Of a stretch of DNA of 64,000 nucleotides, positions 18,786 to 28,196 are shown one piece after another. The notes beneath the pieces were generated by a model. It was not told where the DNA came from. It made no database searches and saw only the letters and a program-made list of their open reading frames with translations. A program made the position numbers and the translations under genes. Source of the stretch: a virus. Its lineage: Duplodnaviria > Caudoviricetes. Where the stretch lies: positions 3,053-67,052 of IMG/VR virus record IMGVR_UViG_2654587510_000002. One strand, 5' to 3'. Within the stretch, counting starts at the first letter, position 1. Every line of letters starts with the position of its first letter.

Positions 18786-20012
18786 CTATTGGGCTTTCAG
18801 TGTGGCTACGTTGATCGCTGAAACTTCGTTCCAAGTTATCTCTGTGCCAGTGTAAATTTTCGTTGTTTCAGCGTTGGCGTGCGCCATTCGTTGAGTTGGT
18901 GAGATTCCCATATCTTTTATTGTTCGAGCTGATAAGCCTCGAATTTCATGATAAGAGGGACGTAGCGTTGAATCGATGGAATCGAAAAGCCCTGTAGCGT
19001 CTCTAACCTTACTAAACTCTTTGCTGATGTTGTGGTGATGCACTTGATAGTGGTGATCGCATTCCTTAGCAATACCTCTGGTGCTTTGCTTGGGCTTTCT
19101 GTGAACGATGTATGGACAAAGTAGGCGATCTGTTTTGGATAACTCTACGACTTCTTTAATTGCTTCGGTTACTGGAATCGCGACAAATGAAGCATCTGAA
19201 TCTTTAACTTTAGCGCGGTGAATATAAAGAGTGCCGTAAACTGTTTGTCCGTCTTTAATAGATGGTCGCTCGTCCCATACAATCCCGCAAACTCCCTCCT
19301 TTGGTTCTTGTATCTTATATTTTATCCGGTAGATTTCTCTAACCGCATGAGTTGTTTGAAGTGTTAGTGCCATTGCGACTTTTAAAAACAAAGGGGCAGC
19401 TGAATATATTGCCTCGTATGCTTCCATTGTCAGGTCGTGTCTATTCTTTTTGCTTTCAGCTTTAGTAACCTTTTTAGGTTTCTTGTTGATGGCAAAATTA
19501 GATTCAATCGCTGACTCATCGGCTAAGTAAGAAAACACCTTTTTTATATTGCTTAATTTATAGTTGAATGATTTTTTAGATAACTTTTCGTAGTGCGCGT
19601 TTAAAAACTCATTTATATGTGAGAGGTTCAAACTTTTTGAATATACACCGCCTAGGTAGCTTTCTAATATTTCGCATTCTTTAACGAACTTTTTAAATAC
19701 TGTATCGGATAGGTTTTCCTCACTTTTAACTCTAGCGATAACCAGAGGTAGCCACTCTCTTAACGGCTTATTGAACTTATCTCTAGGTTTAGCGTTTGTC
19801 TCAGTTTCAAGGGTAAACCCATTTGAGCGGTGCTTGTGGTTGTAAGCCGAAGCCGCTTGTATTGCTTGGGTTTCCGTCGTCCCTTTGGGAAACCATTTTT
19901 GAGTGCCGTCCAACGTAGTGAAGCGGTAGCGAACTTTTTTACTCCTATCTTTGGTTTTGATTAGATATGGTGGAAAGTGCCGTGTCGCGACACTCCTTGG
20001 CCTTGCTGCCAT
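18786..20012 (-). CDS. int: Phage tyrosine integrase
   Basis: Lambda-Int-like arm-binding N-terminus (MAARPR..PPYL); HEIR, AH, KIY motifs. Confidence 0.9.
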   Translation of the reverse strand: MAARPRSVATRHFPPYLIKTKDRSKKVRYRFTTLDGTQKWFPKGTTETQAIQAASAYNHKHRSNGFTLETETNAKPRDKFNKPLREWLPLVIARVKSEENLSDTVFKKFVKECEILESYLGGVYSKSLNLSHINEFLNAHYEKLSKKSFNYKLSNIKKVFSYLADESAIESNFAINKKPKKVTKAESKKNRHDLTMEAYEAIYSAAPLFLKVAMALTLQTTHAVREIYRIKYKIQEPKEGVCGIVWDERPSIKDGQTVYGTLYIHRAKVKDSDASFVAIPVTEAIKEVVELSKTDRLLCPYIVHRKPKQSTRGIAKECDHHYQVHHHNISKEFSKVRDATGLFDSIDSTLRPSYHEIRGLSARTIKDMGISPTQRMAHANAETTKIYTGTEITWNEVSAINVATLKAQ

Positions 20013-20014
20013 TG

Positions 20015-20218
20015 TTACGCCTCCAAGAATTGCAACAGTTCATCTGTTTGCGATGATTGGGCGTTCACTGATACACATACCAAGTAACGCCCTGTGGGTG
20101 TTTGCTCTCCCTCTATTTTACCTGATTTTATCCAGTTCTTAACGGTTGCCACGCTAATTCCCGAATCAGGATAGAACTCTTCAATGTAGTTCCTAGGTTT
20201 TAGTTTTCTCATAGTCAT
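20015..20218 (-). CDS. xis: Excisionase
   Basis: Small wHTH (SVATVKNWIKSGKI..PTGRYLV) directly upstream of int. Confidence 0.8.
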   Translation of the reverse strand: MTMRKLKPRNYIEEFYPDSGISVATVKNWIKSGKIEGEQTPTGRYLVCVSVNAQSSQTDELLQFLEA

Positions 20219-20460
20219 TTCTCAAAGTTGTTAAGGCTTGAAAATGCTCTCTGAAATTCTTGGACTACCGACTCTGCCGCTCTAGCTCTTGATGATGCTT
20301 GTTGCTCTAGCTGCTTATATCGCTTTAATTCTTTATCAATAACCTGATGATTAGTTATTAAGTCAAAGAGTGCTTTAGTCGCTGTGCTTTGTCCCGTTAT
20401 TCGTTTGGCATAATCGACAAGTTTTGCTTCTGCTTCATTGGGTCTAAGTGTAATTGCCAT
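20215..20460 (-). CDS. Hypothetical RHH-like/coiled-coil protein
   Basis: MAITLRPNEAE...TGQSTATKAL. Confidence 0.65.
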   Translation of the reverse strand: MAITLRPNEAEAKLVDYAKRITGQSTATKALFDLITNHQVIDKELKRYKQLEQQASSRARAAESVVQEFQRAFSSLNNFEK

Positions 20461-20467
20461 AATTAAC

Positions 20468-21037
20468 CTAAGAGGTTGGGATCGGATCGTTGGTTCTAAC
20501 TGCAAAGAGGTAAATTTTTTGCACGTAATTAAAAGGCATTTCCATTTTTTCAGCGATGCTTTCTAAGCTGAAATCGTTCTCATGCAGTTTTCTTACTAGC
20601 TCAATATCTTCATTTGAATATTTAGCACAATGGTGATTTTCGCCATAAGTGTGCAATCCATTAATGAGCCCGCGCTTCTTTAATATTTGCCCTCTGGTTT
20701 GAACTGATGAATTGGTGCGTTTTAATATTGCCCCAATTTTGTCGACTGATAATATTCCCGCATTATCAATGATTACCTTATCTTCCTCTTTTGTGTATCT
20801 GTCGGTTCTATTTCCGTTGCACTTACCGCAACTTACTCTCAAGCCTTTTCTAAGGTTGTAACTCGTTTTCTCTAAATGCCAATTGCCGCATTTACATAAA
20901 CAAAGGAAGCCTTGTCTAACTTGGTAGCTTACTACGTAGAGGTTTGAAAATGATTTGCCAGTTACATCAATAAAGGTGGTGGGAGGTCGACCAAACATAG
21001 GGTTGTTTTGACCTCGGTTGTTTCTGAGTTCAAACAT
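20468..21037 (-). CDS. Multi-module DNA-binding protein (NUMOD3-like, CxCxC, Myb-like HTH, terminal HTH)
   Basis: GQNNPMFGR, DVTGKSF..CLCKCG, RYTKEED, GENHHCAKYS; no HNH or GIY-YIG motif seen. Confidence 0.65.
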   Translation of the reverse strand: MFELRNNRGQNNPMFGRPPTTFIDVTGKSFSNLYVVSYQVRQGFLCLCKCGNWHLEKTSYNLRKGLRVSCGKCNGNRTDRYTKEEDKVIIDNAGILSVDKIGAILKRTNSSVQTRGQILKKRGLINGLHTYGENHHCAKYSNEDIELVRKLHENDFSLESIAEKMEMPFNYVQKIYLFAVRTNDPIPTS

Positions 21038-21048
21038 AAAACACCATT

Positions 21049-21144
21049 TGATTGCATTTTAAGTTGGTACCGGTTTCTCGAGGATGGGCGAATGATTGCA
21101 ATGGTTCGACTCTGCAGTTGCCAGGGCGAACGATTTTGCTATCA
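21049..21144. repeat. TGCWATCA 44-bp-period element, locus 1
   Basis: 8-mers at 21049, 21093 and 21137. Confidence 0.85.
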
Positions 21145-21408
21145 ATCTAGTTTCTTTGTTGTAATGGCGCCGTGATGGGCGTGCGATGTTTTGCTAAAGG
21201 TGTTTGCGCAATGGACGCATTCGCTTAGGCCGTCCCAATCAATCGCTGAGTGGTTTGATTGGGTTTGGTTTGCGCCAATACAATAAGGGCAATTAAACTC
21301 AACTACGGACTTACCATCGGCTTTTAGTTGTGAGTAGAACGCTTGTGAATGCTTGGCGGCTTTAGTCTGTTCAGTCTTTTCCATTTGCGGCCTCGATTTC
21401 AATATCAA
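21142..21408 (-). CDS. Zn-ribbon hypothetical protein
   Basis: CPYC and CVHC. Confidence 0.7.
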   Translation of the reverse strand: MILKSRPQMEKTEQTKAAKHSQAFYSQLKADGKSVVEFNCPYCIGANQTQSNHSAIDWDGLSECVHCANTFSKTSHAHHGAITTKKLD

Positions 21409-21562
21409 TTATCTTTCCCTCTAGCTCGGTAGCAGAACAACCACCGTCCCATTTCAAATCGCAGTTATCGCAGCCTAATGTGTTACATGTGCCTTTAACA
21501 ACATTCATCAAGCGCTCCTGCAGATCGTTGTAATGCGCGTTATCTTGTAAGTTATTGCTCAT
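21371..21562 (-). CDS. Small Cys-rich hypothetical protein
   Basis: Overlaps neighbours in the early operon. Confidence 0.6.
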   Translation of the reverse strand: MSNNLQDNAHYNDLQERLMNVVKGTCNTLGCDNCDLKWDGGCSATELEGKIIDIEIEAANGKD

Positions 21563-21896
21563 GGTGAATCACCTCATCTTTGTCGTTTGCTAAAACGTAA
21601 TCTGTGTCTCCCCAATGCTTTCTAATGTATCGTTTTGCGGATTTGTCATGCACCGCTTGGAAACATTCGATACATACAGCGCGCTCAAAATCGAAGAGTG
21701 CTCGGCCATCCATGACGAAGTAATTTTTCATTTCGTTTTGTGGGCTTTTTTGTTTGAGTTTGTTTTTTAACTCAGCGATCACTTGCTGTTGGTGAAGTGC
21801 GACCGAAGCAGGAACCCAGCGACCGTCTTTGTGTTCTTCCATGCAATCGCCCATGGCGCCACGCTTGTCTGAAACTGTGCATTTATAACGCTTCAT
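21552..21896 (-). CDS. Hypothetical phage protein
   Basis: AAGGA RBS; tightly packed operon. Confidence 0.7.
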   Translation of the reverse strand: MKRYKCTVSDKRGAMGDCMEEHKDGRWVPASVALHQQQVIAELKNKLKQKSPQNEMKNYFVMDGRALFDFERAVCIECFQAVHDKSAKRYIRKHWGDTDYVLANDKDEVIHHEQ

Positions 21897-21904
21897 AGCA
21901 ATCC

Positions 21905-22240
21905 TTAAAATGGTACGTAGATTTCATTGCACTCAGGGCAATAGAAGTTGTGAGTGACAACGTTAAACTCGTGACTACACTTAGTGCATTTCTTGATGGG
22001 TGTGTAAGGTGTTGATGCTGTTGAAAACTCCATTGCTACATTTCGAAGTAGCTCTGGTATTTTCCAATGTCCAAATTGGTCTAGCTCTATGATGTGAGTC
22101 ATATCTGGCGTTTCAGTGTGGTAGATGATGTATGGCTGTTGCTTGTTCTTACTAGGTAAGCAAACGTAACCGTTATTCTTTAAATAGAAGATGAAAGCGC
22201 CGCATAGTTGGCGCTCTATTTTTAGTTGGGATAATTTCAT
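21905..22240 (-). CDS. Zn-ribbon hypothetical protein
   Basis: CTKC and CPEC. Confidence 0.7.
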   Translation of the reverse strand: MKLSQLKIERQLCGAFIFYLKNNGYVCLPSKNKQQPYIIYHTETPDMTHIIELDQFGHWKIPELLRNVAMEFSTASTPYTPIKKCTKCSHEFNVVTHNFYCPECNEIYVPF

Positions 22241-22347
22241 TGGTACCGCCTAGGGGTAGGAATAGCGGTCGAGTGCTAAAATTTTCCAAGACTACGAAAT
22301 TTAGAATTAGGTAGTAAAAAATCTCGACCGCTAAATTTTGATGGATG

Positions 22348-22899
22348 TTACTTACGTAGTTGAACTTGCTCAGTGCCAGTCTCGAACCATGCAAAGTCGA
22401 CTTTCTCACCCTCTGGTAGCGACTTTATATATTCTTTGATTGCAGTTTCATCAATGGTGTAACTGACTTGTCGTTTCAGAAATTGAGGCGGAACCTTGTC
22501 TTTCTCAACATGTAGTTTGTCAGGGTTCTTTTTAATAAAGAATGTGCCGTATGCGCCTTTGATCTTTTCAATGTTTCGCATTTTGAAGTAGTTCAAAAGC
22601 GGCCAAGTCATGCGCTTACGTTCATCTTCTAGAGTTTTGGCGCGGTCGGTGTAAGGCTTGGCAAGGTCTTTGTACTGGTTGGCTAGGTTCTTAGCTTCGG
22701 TAGCTTGAATGTCTTTTTCATCCATCGCGAGGCGATAACCCATCATTTTGTCTTCTTCGCCGAAGTCCATCCCCATAAGTGTTGCGCTGATTGTGTCATC
22801 ATCGAAACCTTGCTCTAAACAATCGCGGATGATGTCTTGAACCTGAGAAGTGATTTCGTTCATCGTAGGAGTTTTAGGTTTACTTTCTGCGGTAGCCAT
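22348..22899 (-). CDS. Siphovirus Gp157-like protein
   Basis: Coiled coil followed by KIKG..FFIKKNP..VP..F..IDETAIKE..GTEQVQLR. Confidence 0.8.
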   Translation of the reverse strand: MATAESKPKTPTMNEITSQVQDIIRDCLEQGFDDDTISATLMGMDFGEEDKMMGYRLAMDEKDIQATEAKNLANQYKDLAKPYTDRAKTLEDERKRMTWPLLNYFKMRNIEKIKGAYGTFFIKKNPDKLHVEKDKVPPQFLKRQVSYTIDETAIKEYIKSLPEGEKVDFAWFETGTEQVQLRK

Positions 22900-25820
22900 T
22901 ACGCTTTTTCCTTATGAGCTTGAAGATCTTGTGCGAACGTTTGGAGAGCTTCCGTAGCTTGTTGCTTAATGCGTCCAATACATTTTTCCTTTTTGTTTCG
23001 GCTTTCTTCATCTGATTTTGGCATTGCTTCGAGAGCGGCAATTGCTAGTTTTTCTAGTCGTCTGATTTCTGCTTGTGATGGGGCTGTTGCGAACTTGTCT
23101 GTATACGATTTTGCTTTGTTGAGCGCGATTTCTGCTGCTTGGCCATCAAACTCAAGGGCTTGAACTTTTTTGTTGGCTTGGTTCATTTGCTCGGCTTTAA
23201 TCATCACGCCAGAATCGTCATAAGTGCCGAGGTAAATATCAGCGCAGATACCAGTCATGGACATAGCTTTGCCGAGTGCATCTGAGAGTGATTTTTTCTC
23301 AACTTCATCGTCATGTATGAAGTAGCCACCTTGCGCCATGTAGAGCTTGCGAGTGTCGCCGTATTGGGTGAACTCAATGCGCTTTTCATCGTGCATGTAC
23401 CAGAAAACAATTTCGCACTTATGAACTTGTTCAAAGTGTTCGGTAATCACACCTTTGTGCATGATTGGAGCACCTTTCACTGTCCATTCGCGTTTTACGT
23501 CATAACCCCAACCAACTCCGATTGGTCCCCAAATCTCTGTTGCTCTCATGATTCGATATTGAGTTTTAATCGAGAGTCGTCCGTTATGATCAGGCTTGGC
23601 GAATGCAAGATCCGTTTTAAAACCTTTCATGAATAACGCTAGGTTTGGATTGGTTTGGTAATCTTCCGGTAAGTCAGCAATAGTTTTGACTTCTTCGATT
23701 GGTGCGTTATCAGACTCAGTTGAGACAACTTGTTCTGCGATTTCGGTTTGGACGTTCAAATCTTCCGGTTCTGAGCCATTGCCTAATACTTCTTTTAGCA
23801 ACTCTCTGACTTTTGCTACATCCATTAAGATTGGAACTACATCATTAATGTTTCTGATGAGGTCCATGAACTGCGATGCGGTTTCGGTGTAATACTTACC
23901 CTCTTTGAGCTTCTGTCCCATTGCCCAAAATACGGCTTGTATGTTTCCTGATATCGTCAAATATTGCTTATCAGTGGTTTGTTCATCTTCACCATTTATC
24001 GATAGAAGTTGGTGAGAAAATAGCTGCCATTCGTTTTCTTTGTCGAATTTAGGCTTTGCCTTTTTTGGCGTTTCAACTTTGTCGTAGCTTGGTTGCTCTG
24101 GGTGTTTCGTGTGGTTTTGAATCAAGTTAACCGAAGTCGTGGAGTGCCAAAGTATCGAGGCGTTTCTGATGGTTAGCACTTCTTCGCTTAATGATTCCAC
24201 ATCGGTTTGGTCGGTGATGTTAGTGCATAGTGCGTTGTGTACTTGCTCTGGTGTGACCGGGCAATCCTCGCCTTGCATTCGCTTGGTTAGAGCTTTTAAT
24301 AGCTCTGGGTGCTTCACATTCGATTCAGTTGGTACAGTTGAATCGATATTGAACTCATCGGCGTAATCATCGAATGACTTGCCCTTATTTGCCTTTGACC
24401 ATTCTTGGAATGTTGGCGGCTCTTCGTCGTCCGTTTTGCTCGCTACGTTCTTAACTTTAACCATGTTATCGGTAAAGACTGAGCGTAGTGTTCTGATGTT
24501 TAAAAACGCTTTCTGCGCATCGGTTGCTGAGTCCCAATCAACGCGAGTCATTGCCTCTAGCGTGTAGAATTGATTGAATCCTGAATGTTCTTTGTGAAGC
24601 TCTTTCAGTACAGCTTTAACCTTTTCTCCCGCTTCGACATACTGCTCTTCGGTTAAGTCGAGGTGAGCATCGTCAATCGTGAGTAAGCAATCGTAGACAA
24701 ATCGTTGATGTCCATCGGTGGGGATGTAATGATCATCTTGGTTTGGCTCAAATACTTTGCCAACCTCTTTGATCTTGTCCATTGTCTCTTGTGAAACTAA
24801 CGGCTCTTTTGGTTCGTCTTGATCTAATACAATCGCGTAACTGATGCCGTTGTCGAAAGTCTCAGTAGCGTTACCTTTGAAAAACTCTTTAGCTGCTTTC
24901 ACCTCATCAACTTGGAATAACCAGTTTCCGGCGTGTCCCATTGCTAGGGTTATTGCATTGGCTCTACTGTTTTTCTCGTCTGGTAAGAAAGCTCTAATGT
25001 CTCCCTTGCCGTTATCTTCGTTCGCAGTATCAATAAATTGATATGACGCGACCCAAACATCACCTTTTGGCATTACAGCTAATTCAATGCGCTTTGTTTC
25101 GCTGATAGTGAAAGTGGCCACATCGATGTCGGTTTGATTGGGTATTGCCGCGTCACTCGATATTTGCTCATCGATGTGCATTTGGTCTTCGGTCGGTTCG
25201 TCCGGCATTTGGCTGAAAATATCTTCACCAAAATCGTACTCTAGGACGTTGCTTGCAAATTCCTGATCCGCTCCATCCGAGTGTTCAGACTGAAACTCAG
25301 CGATGTTTGTGATAACTCCCATAGCTTCGGTTATCGCTTTCTCTAACGATTCAAACTCACCTTGAGAATGGTTTGTCGGCTTTGTAATGCTGCTGGATTC
25401 AGTTGAGTATCGATAACCAAAAACCCAAACTTTAGGTGCGGTTTGTAAGATGGCGATTTGAGCTATGTTGTCACCATGCTCTATAGATGAACTGAGCAAG
25501 CCATCTGTATCTTTCGGGTAAAAACCAGATGAGTTTAGTTCCGGCCACTGTCGATCATCTTCTTGCCCTGGTTCTAGATCATCAAGGCTTTGCGACTCCA
25601 AAATTAGCGTGTCGTATTCTTCTTCTGTGATTGGCGATAGCTTAGGCACTTGGAAGTAATCTAAATTACCTTGTTCGTCAGCTTCTTTAAGGAGTAAGTA
25701 CGTTGCTTCTTTACCGTCCTTTTGAGTTGCAGCTTTAACAGGGAAGTTGAAAGTAACTTCGCCGTTACGGTGTTTTGTTTTCTTGGAGTTGCAAGTTGCT
25801 AGAAAAAACTTGATAGCCAT
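22899..25820 (-). CDS. Large recombination protein: long acidic N-terminus + Sak3/Rad52-like annealase C-terminus
   Basis: C-terminal IKTQYRIMRATEIWGPIGVGWG...EKKSLSDALGKAMS.TGICADIYLG. Confidence 0.7.
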   Translation of the reverse strand: MAIKFFLATCNSKKTKHRNGEVTFNFPVKAATQKDGKEATYLLLKEADEQGNLDYFQVPKLSPITEEEYDTLILESQSLDDLEPGQEDDRQWPELNSSGFYPKDTDGLLSSSIEHGDNIAQIAILQTAPKVWVFGYRYSTESSSITKPTNHSQGEFESLEKAITEAMGVITNIAEFQSEHSDGADQEFASNVLEYDFGEDIFSQMPDEPTEDQMHIDEQISSDAAIPNQTDIDVATFTISETKRIELAVMPKGDVWVASYQFIDTANEDNGKGDIRAFLPDEKNSRANAITLAMGHAGNWLFQVDEVKAAKEFFKGNATETFDNGISYAIVLDQDEPKEPLVSQETMDKIKEVGKVFEPNQDDHYIPTDGHQRFVYDCLLTIDDAHLDLTEEQYVEAGEKVKAVLKELHKEHSGFNQFYTLEAMTRVDWDSATDAQKAFLNIRTLRSVFTDNMVKVKNVASKTDDEEPPTFQEWSKANKGKSFDDYADEFNIDSTVPTESNVKHPELLKALTKRMQGEDCPVTPEQVHNALCTNITDQTDVESLSEEVLTIRNASILWHSTTSVNLIQNHTKHPEQPSYDKVETPKKAKPKFDKENEWQLFSHQLLSINGEDEQTTDKQYLTISGNIQAVFWAMGQKLKEGKYYTETASQFMDLIRNINDVVPILMDVAKVRELLKEVLGNGSEPEDLNVQTEIAEQVVSTESDNAPIEEVKTIADLPEDYQTNPNLALFMKGFKTDLAFAKPDHNGRLSIKTQYRIMRATEIWGPIGVGWGYDVKREWTVKGAPIMHKGVITEHFEQVHKCEIVFWYMHDEKRIEFTQYGDTRKLYMAQGGYFIHDDEVEKKSLSDALGKAMSMTGICADIYLGTYDDSGVMIKAEQMNQANKKVQALEFDGQAAEIALNKAKSYTDKFATAPSQAEIRRLEKLAIAALEAMPKSDEESRNKKEKCIGRIKQQATEALQTFAQDLQAHKEKA

Positions 25821-25954
25821 GACTACCTCTAAATTTGTGTGATTAAGATTACTTAGGGAGCATTAAACAGAGCGCACATAACTGGGGTCAGTTGTAGGAG
25901 AGGTGGGATATTTGGGCGCACTCTTTAATGCCTCCTAGGTAATAGGAAGCCTCT

Positions 25955-26398
25955 TTAGGTAAGAGGTTGTGAGTTTTGGATTGTGTCTAGAGTTTCTAGA
26001 TCGAGTTTCAGCTTTTTTAGCCGATACTCTCTGACTGCCGGATGCCGTTTAACTTCGGCTTCTGTTCTCAGCTCTCGTAGAACTTGTGATTTTTTCGTTC
26101 TAACGAAATGAGGATCAGGGTAGGCAATAACTGATTCGATTGGATGTAATGAGAAATCCAAGTTGTAGTTCCCTTTTTCGGGAATGGAATAAAGGACTTT
26201 ATCCCGTTCCCCCTCGACTTGCTTGTAGGCCAGATCTAAATTCATTTTAGATACGCTTGCATACATGTGTTGATGTGAGTAGTTAAGCCCGATGTAATGC
26301 ATTTTCAGCATCAAATCATAGCCAGTCATTTTTTGACCCGACTCATTCAACTCAAGGTATATAAGGGTTTGAAGTTTATTGAGGTCCACTTTTCTCAT
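25955..26398 (-). CDS. PadR/AphA-like winged-helix regulator
   Basis: TGYDL, SHQHMY, EGERDKVLYSI resemble AphA TGYDI, SHQQVY, EGKPDRKVYSI. Confidence 0.7.
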   Translation of the reverse strand: MRKVDLNKLQTLIYLELNESGQKMTGYDLMLKMHYIGLNYSHQHMYASVSKMNLDLAYKQVEGERDKVLYSIPEKGNYNLDFSLHPIESVIAYPDPHFVRTKKSQVLRELRTEAEVKRHPAVREYRLKKLKLDLETLDTIQNSQPLT

Positions 26399-26487
26399 GC
26401 TGTATTCCTTTTGTAAGCATTCGAAAAACAGCCCGTTATAGATTGATTTTCGAATGCCCCGAATAACAGGGCATTACTTAGAAAGTG

Positions 26488-26793
26488 TTAAGACACTTGA
26501 ATCACTATGGTTCGAACGTTTGGCGTTTCCGCTTCTGGTTCTGGCTCACTTGGTGGGGGTGTTTGCTCTTCGCTCTTGGTTTGTTTTGATTCCAAGTAGT
26601 TTTCAATATCTTCGATTAGGCTTTCTGGCAAATCTGAGATAACCAGTTGCTTGCTTTCTGCGTCGTATTTGATGGCAGATTGCTCCTTGATTAAAGCCAT
26701 CTTTGGAAACTCCACCTTACAACCGACAGCTTCAAGAGTTACTGAGCCGCCCTCAATGAGCTCCGCGATATTTGCTAAACACTTCTTACACAT
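26488..26793 (-). CDS. Hypothetical early protein
   Basis: MCKKCL start after AGGAAAGAG. Confidence 0.65.
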   Translation of the reverse strand: MCKKCLANIAELIEGGSVTLEAVGCKVEFPKMALIKEQSAIKYDAESKQLVISDLPESLIEDIENYLESKQTKSEEQTPPPSEPEPEAETPNVRTIVIQVS

Positions 26794-27078
26794 TGTCTCT
26801 TTCCTTTTTAGAGTTGAAATTAAAAAGCCAACTCGAAAAGTGGTCCTCTGGGGGGAGGGCTTTAAGAATTGGCTTTTTAATTGCCTCACTACCACTTATG
26901 CACCGTTGAGGCGAACGGCCTAGGGATTGATTCGAAAAGCAGGCATAAAAAATCAATCACCGTGGATTTACTCTTGTTACAAACTCCATCAATGCACATT
27001 GAGAGAGTGCGAGAAGCCACAAGAGCAGGGCTGTAGGTCGGTGTAGATTGACCTCGTTTATTTTCATATTTCCCAAAT

Positions 27079-27089
27079 TTTTAAAGAGC
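27079..27089 (-). promoter_or_regulatory. boxA-like antitermination site (nutL-like)
   Basis: GCTCTTTAAAA at the head of the leftward early operon. Confidence 0.55.
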
Positions 27090-27218
27090 TGCCGTGTTGG
27101 CGTGTTTATAATTTATGACTTTATGCATTTAATTACAACCCCTTTATGCATATTAAAATCCAGAAAAAAACGCATTACGCGCTTTCTTTTTGATTTATAA
27201 GATAATTTTTTGAATATT

Positions 27219-27626
27219 TTATAGCATTTTTGTCGCGCTCAGTATCGCTTCGTTGATTATTGCCTCAACTTTGTCTTCTGGCAGGTTAAGAGAATCGATA
27301 GTTTTCTTTAGTCTTAGGTAAGGTTCTAGCGACCTTTGTTTATCTGATTGTCTTTGCAGTATTTCTTCTGATGATAGAGATGCCTTGTCTGGTGAGCCTT
27401 TACCCGTTCGCAGCCAATGAGCATTAACCCCTAGCGCATCTGCTATCTCTATCAGCTTTGTTGAGCCTGAGCTCTGGCTTTTCTCTAGTCTACTTATCTG
27501 TGACTGCGCTAAGCCACTTAGCTCCGCAAGTCTTGCTTGGCTCATGGCTTTGCCTTGTTCCAAGTTATGTTGAAGTCTTCTTGCTAGTGCAATTCTCGCC
27601 CCAAAAGACATGTTTTTGTAATTCAT
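27219..27626 (-). CDS. CI-like repressor (XRE HTH, no S24 peptidase domain)
   Basis: MSQARLAELSGLAQSQISRLE...IADALGVNAHWLRTGKG; divergent from cro; only 135 aa. Confidence 0.85.
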   Translation of the reverse strand: MNYKNMSFGARIALARRLQHNLEQGKAMSQARLAELSGLAQSQISRLEKSQSSGSTKLIEIADALGVNAHWLRTGKGSPDKASLSSEEILQRQSDKQRSLEPYLRLKKTIDSLNLPEDKVEAIINEAILSATKML

Positions 27627-27731
27627 TTATTCCTCCTCGCATATTTTTTTATTGTAGCGCGGATGAAATCAAGGTTGAAATGCATTTTTGCATATATTAT
27701 CTTTAGGTAAAAATGAGTATAGAGGTAAAGA

Positions 27732-27950
27732 ATGGGTTTTATTGATGAATTACAGCGCATATCGCGAGAAACATCTCAAGTGTGCTTGGCAAAAGAATTG
27801 GGGGTTTCTCAATCTCAAGTTTGTCGTTGGATAAACAAAGCTCAAATCCCAAGCGCAACAAAGGTTAAGTCAATTTCAGAAATTACAGGGATCTCTATCG
27901 AGGACATTATCAACGAAATCTCAGAGCGGGAGAGTGAGTTATCTACATAG
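27732..27950 (+). CDS. Cro-like HTH protein
   Basis: SQVCLAKELGVSQSQVCRW. Confidence 0.82.
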   Translation: MGFIDELQRISRETSQVCLAKELGVSQSQVCRWINKAQIPSATKVKSISEITGISIEDIINEISERESELST

Positions 27951-27986
27951 GTCTATCGATGGAGACATAAGAATGAGGTTAAGTAA

Positions 27987-28196
27987 ATGGATTTACTTAA
28001 ACGGTTGGAAGCCGTCAATAAGGCTAGGAAAGCCGCGATCAATACAGAACAGTTTCGCGTTTCAGCTAAAGAGCATGAGCAATTTCTAGACACAGGAAGC
28101 GCCGAGGTGCCGACTGTCAGAACGAAGAAAGAACGTTTGTTTTCAGACAGATTTAAAGGAGTCGATTTTGAAGATCGGAAAGGTGGACAAGACTAA
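27987..28196 (+). CDS. Hypothetical protein
   Basis: GAGGT RBS; position in the early right operon. Confidence 0.65.
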   Translation: MDLLKRLEAVNKARKAAINTEQFRVSAKEHEQFLDTGSAEVPTVRTKKERLFSDRFKGVDFEDRKGGQD

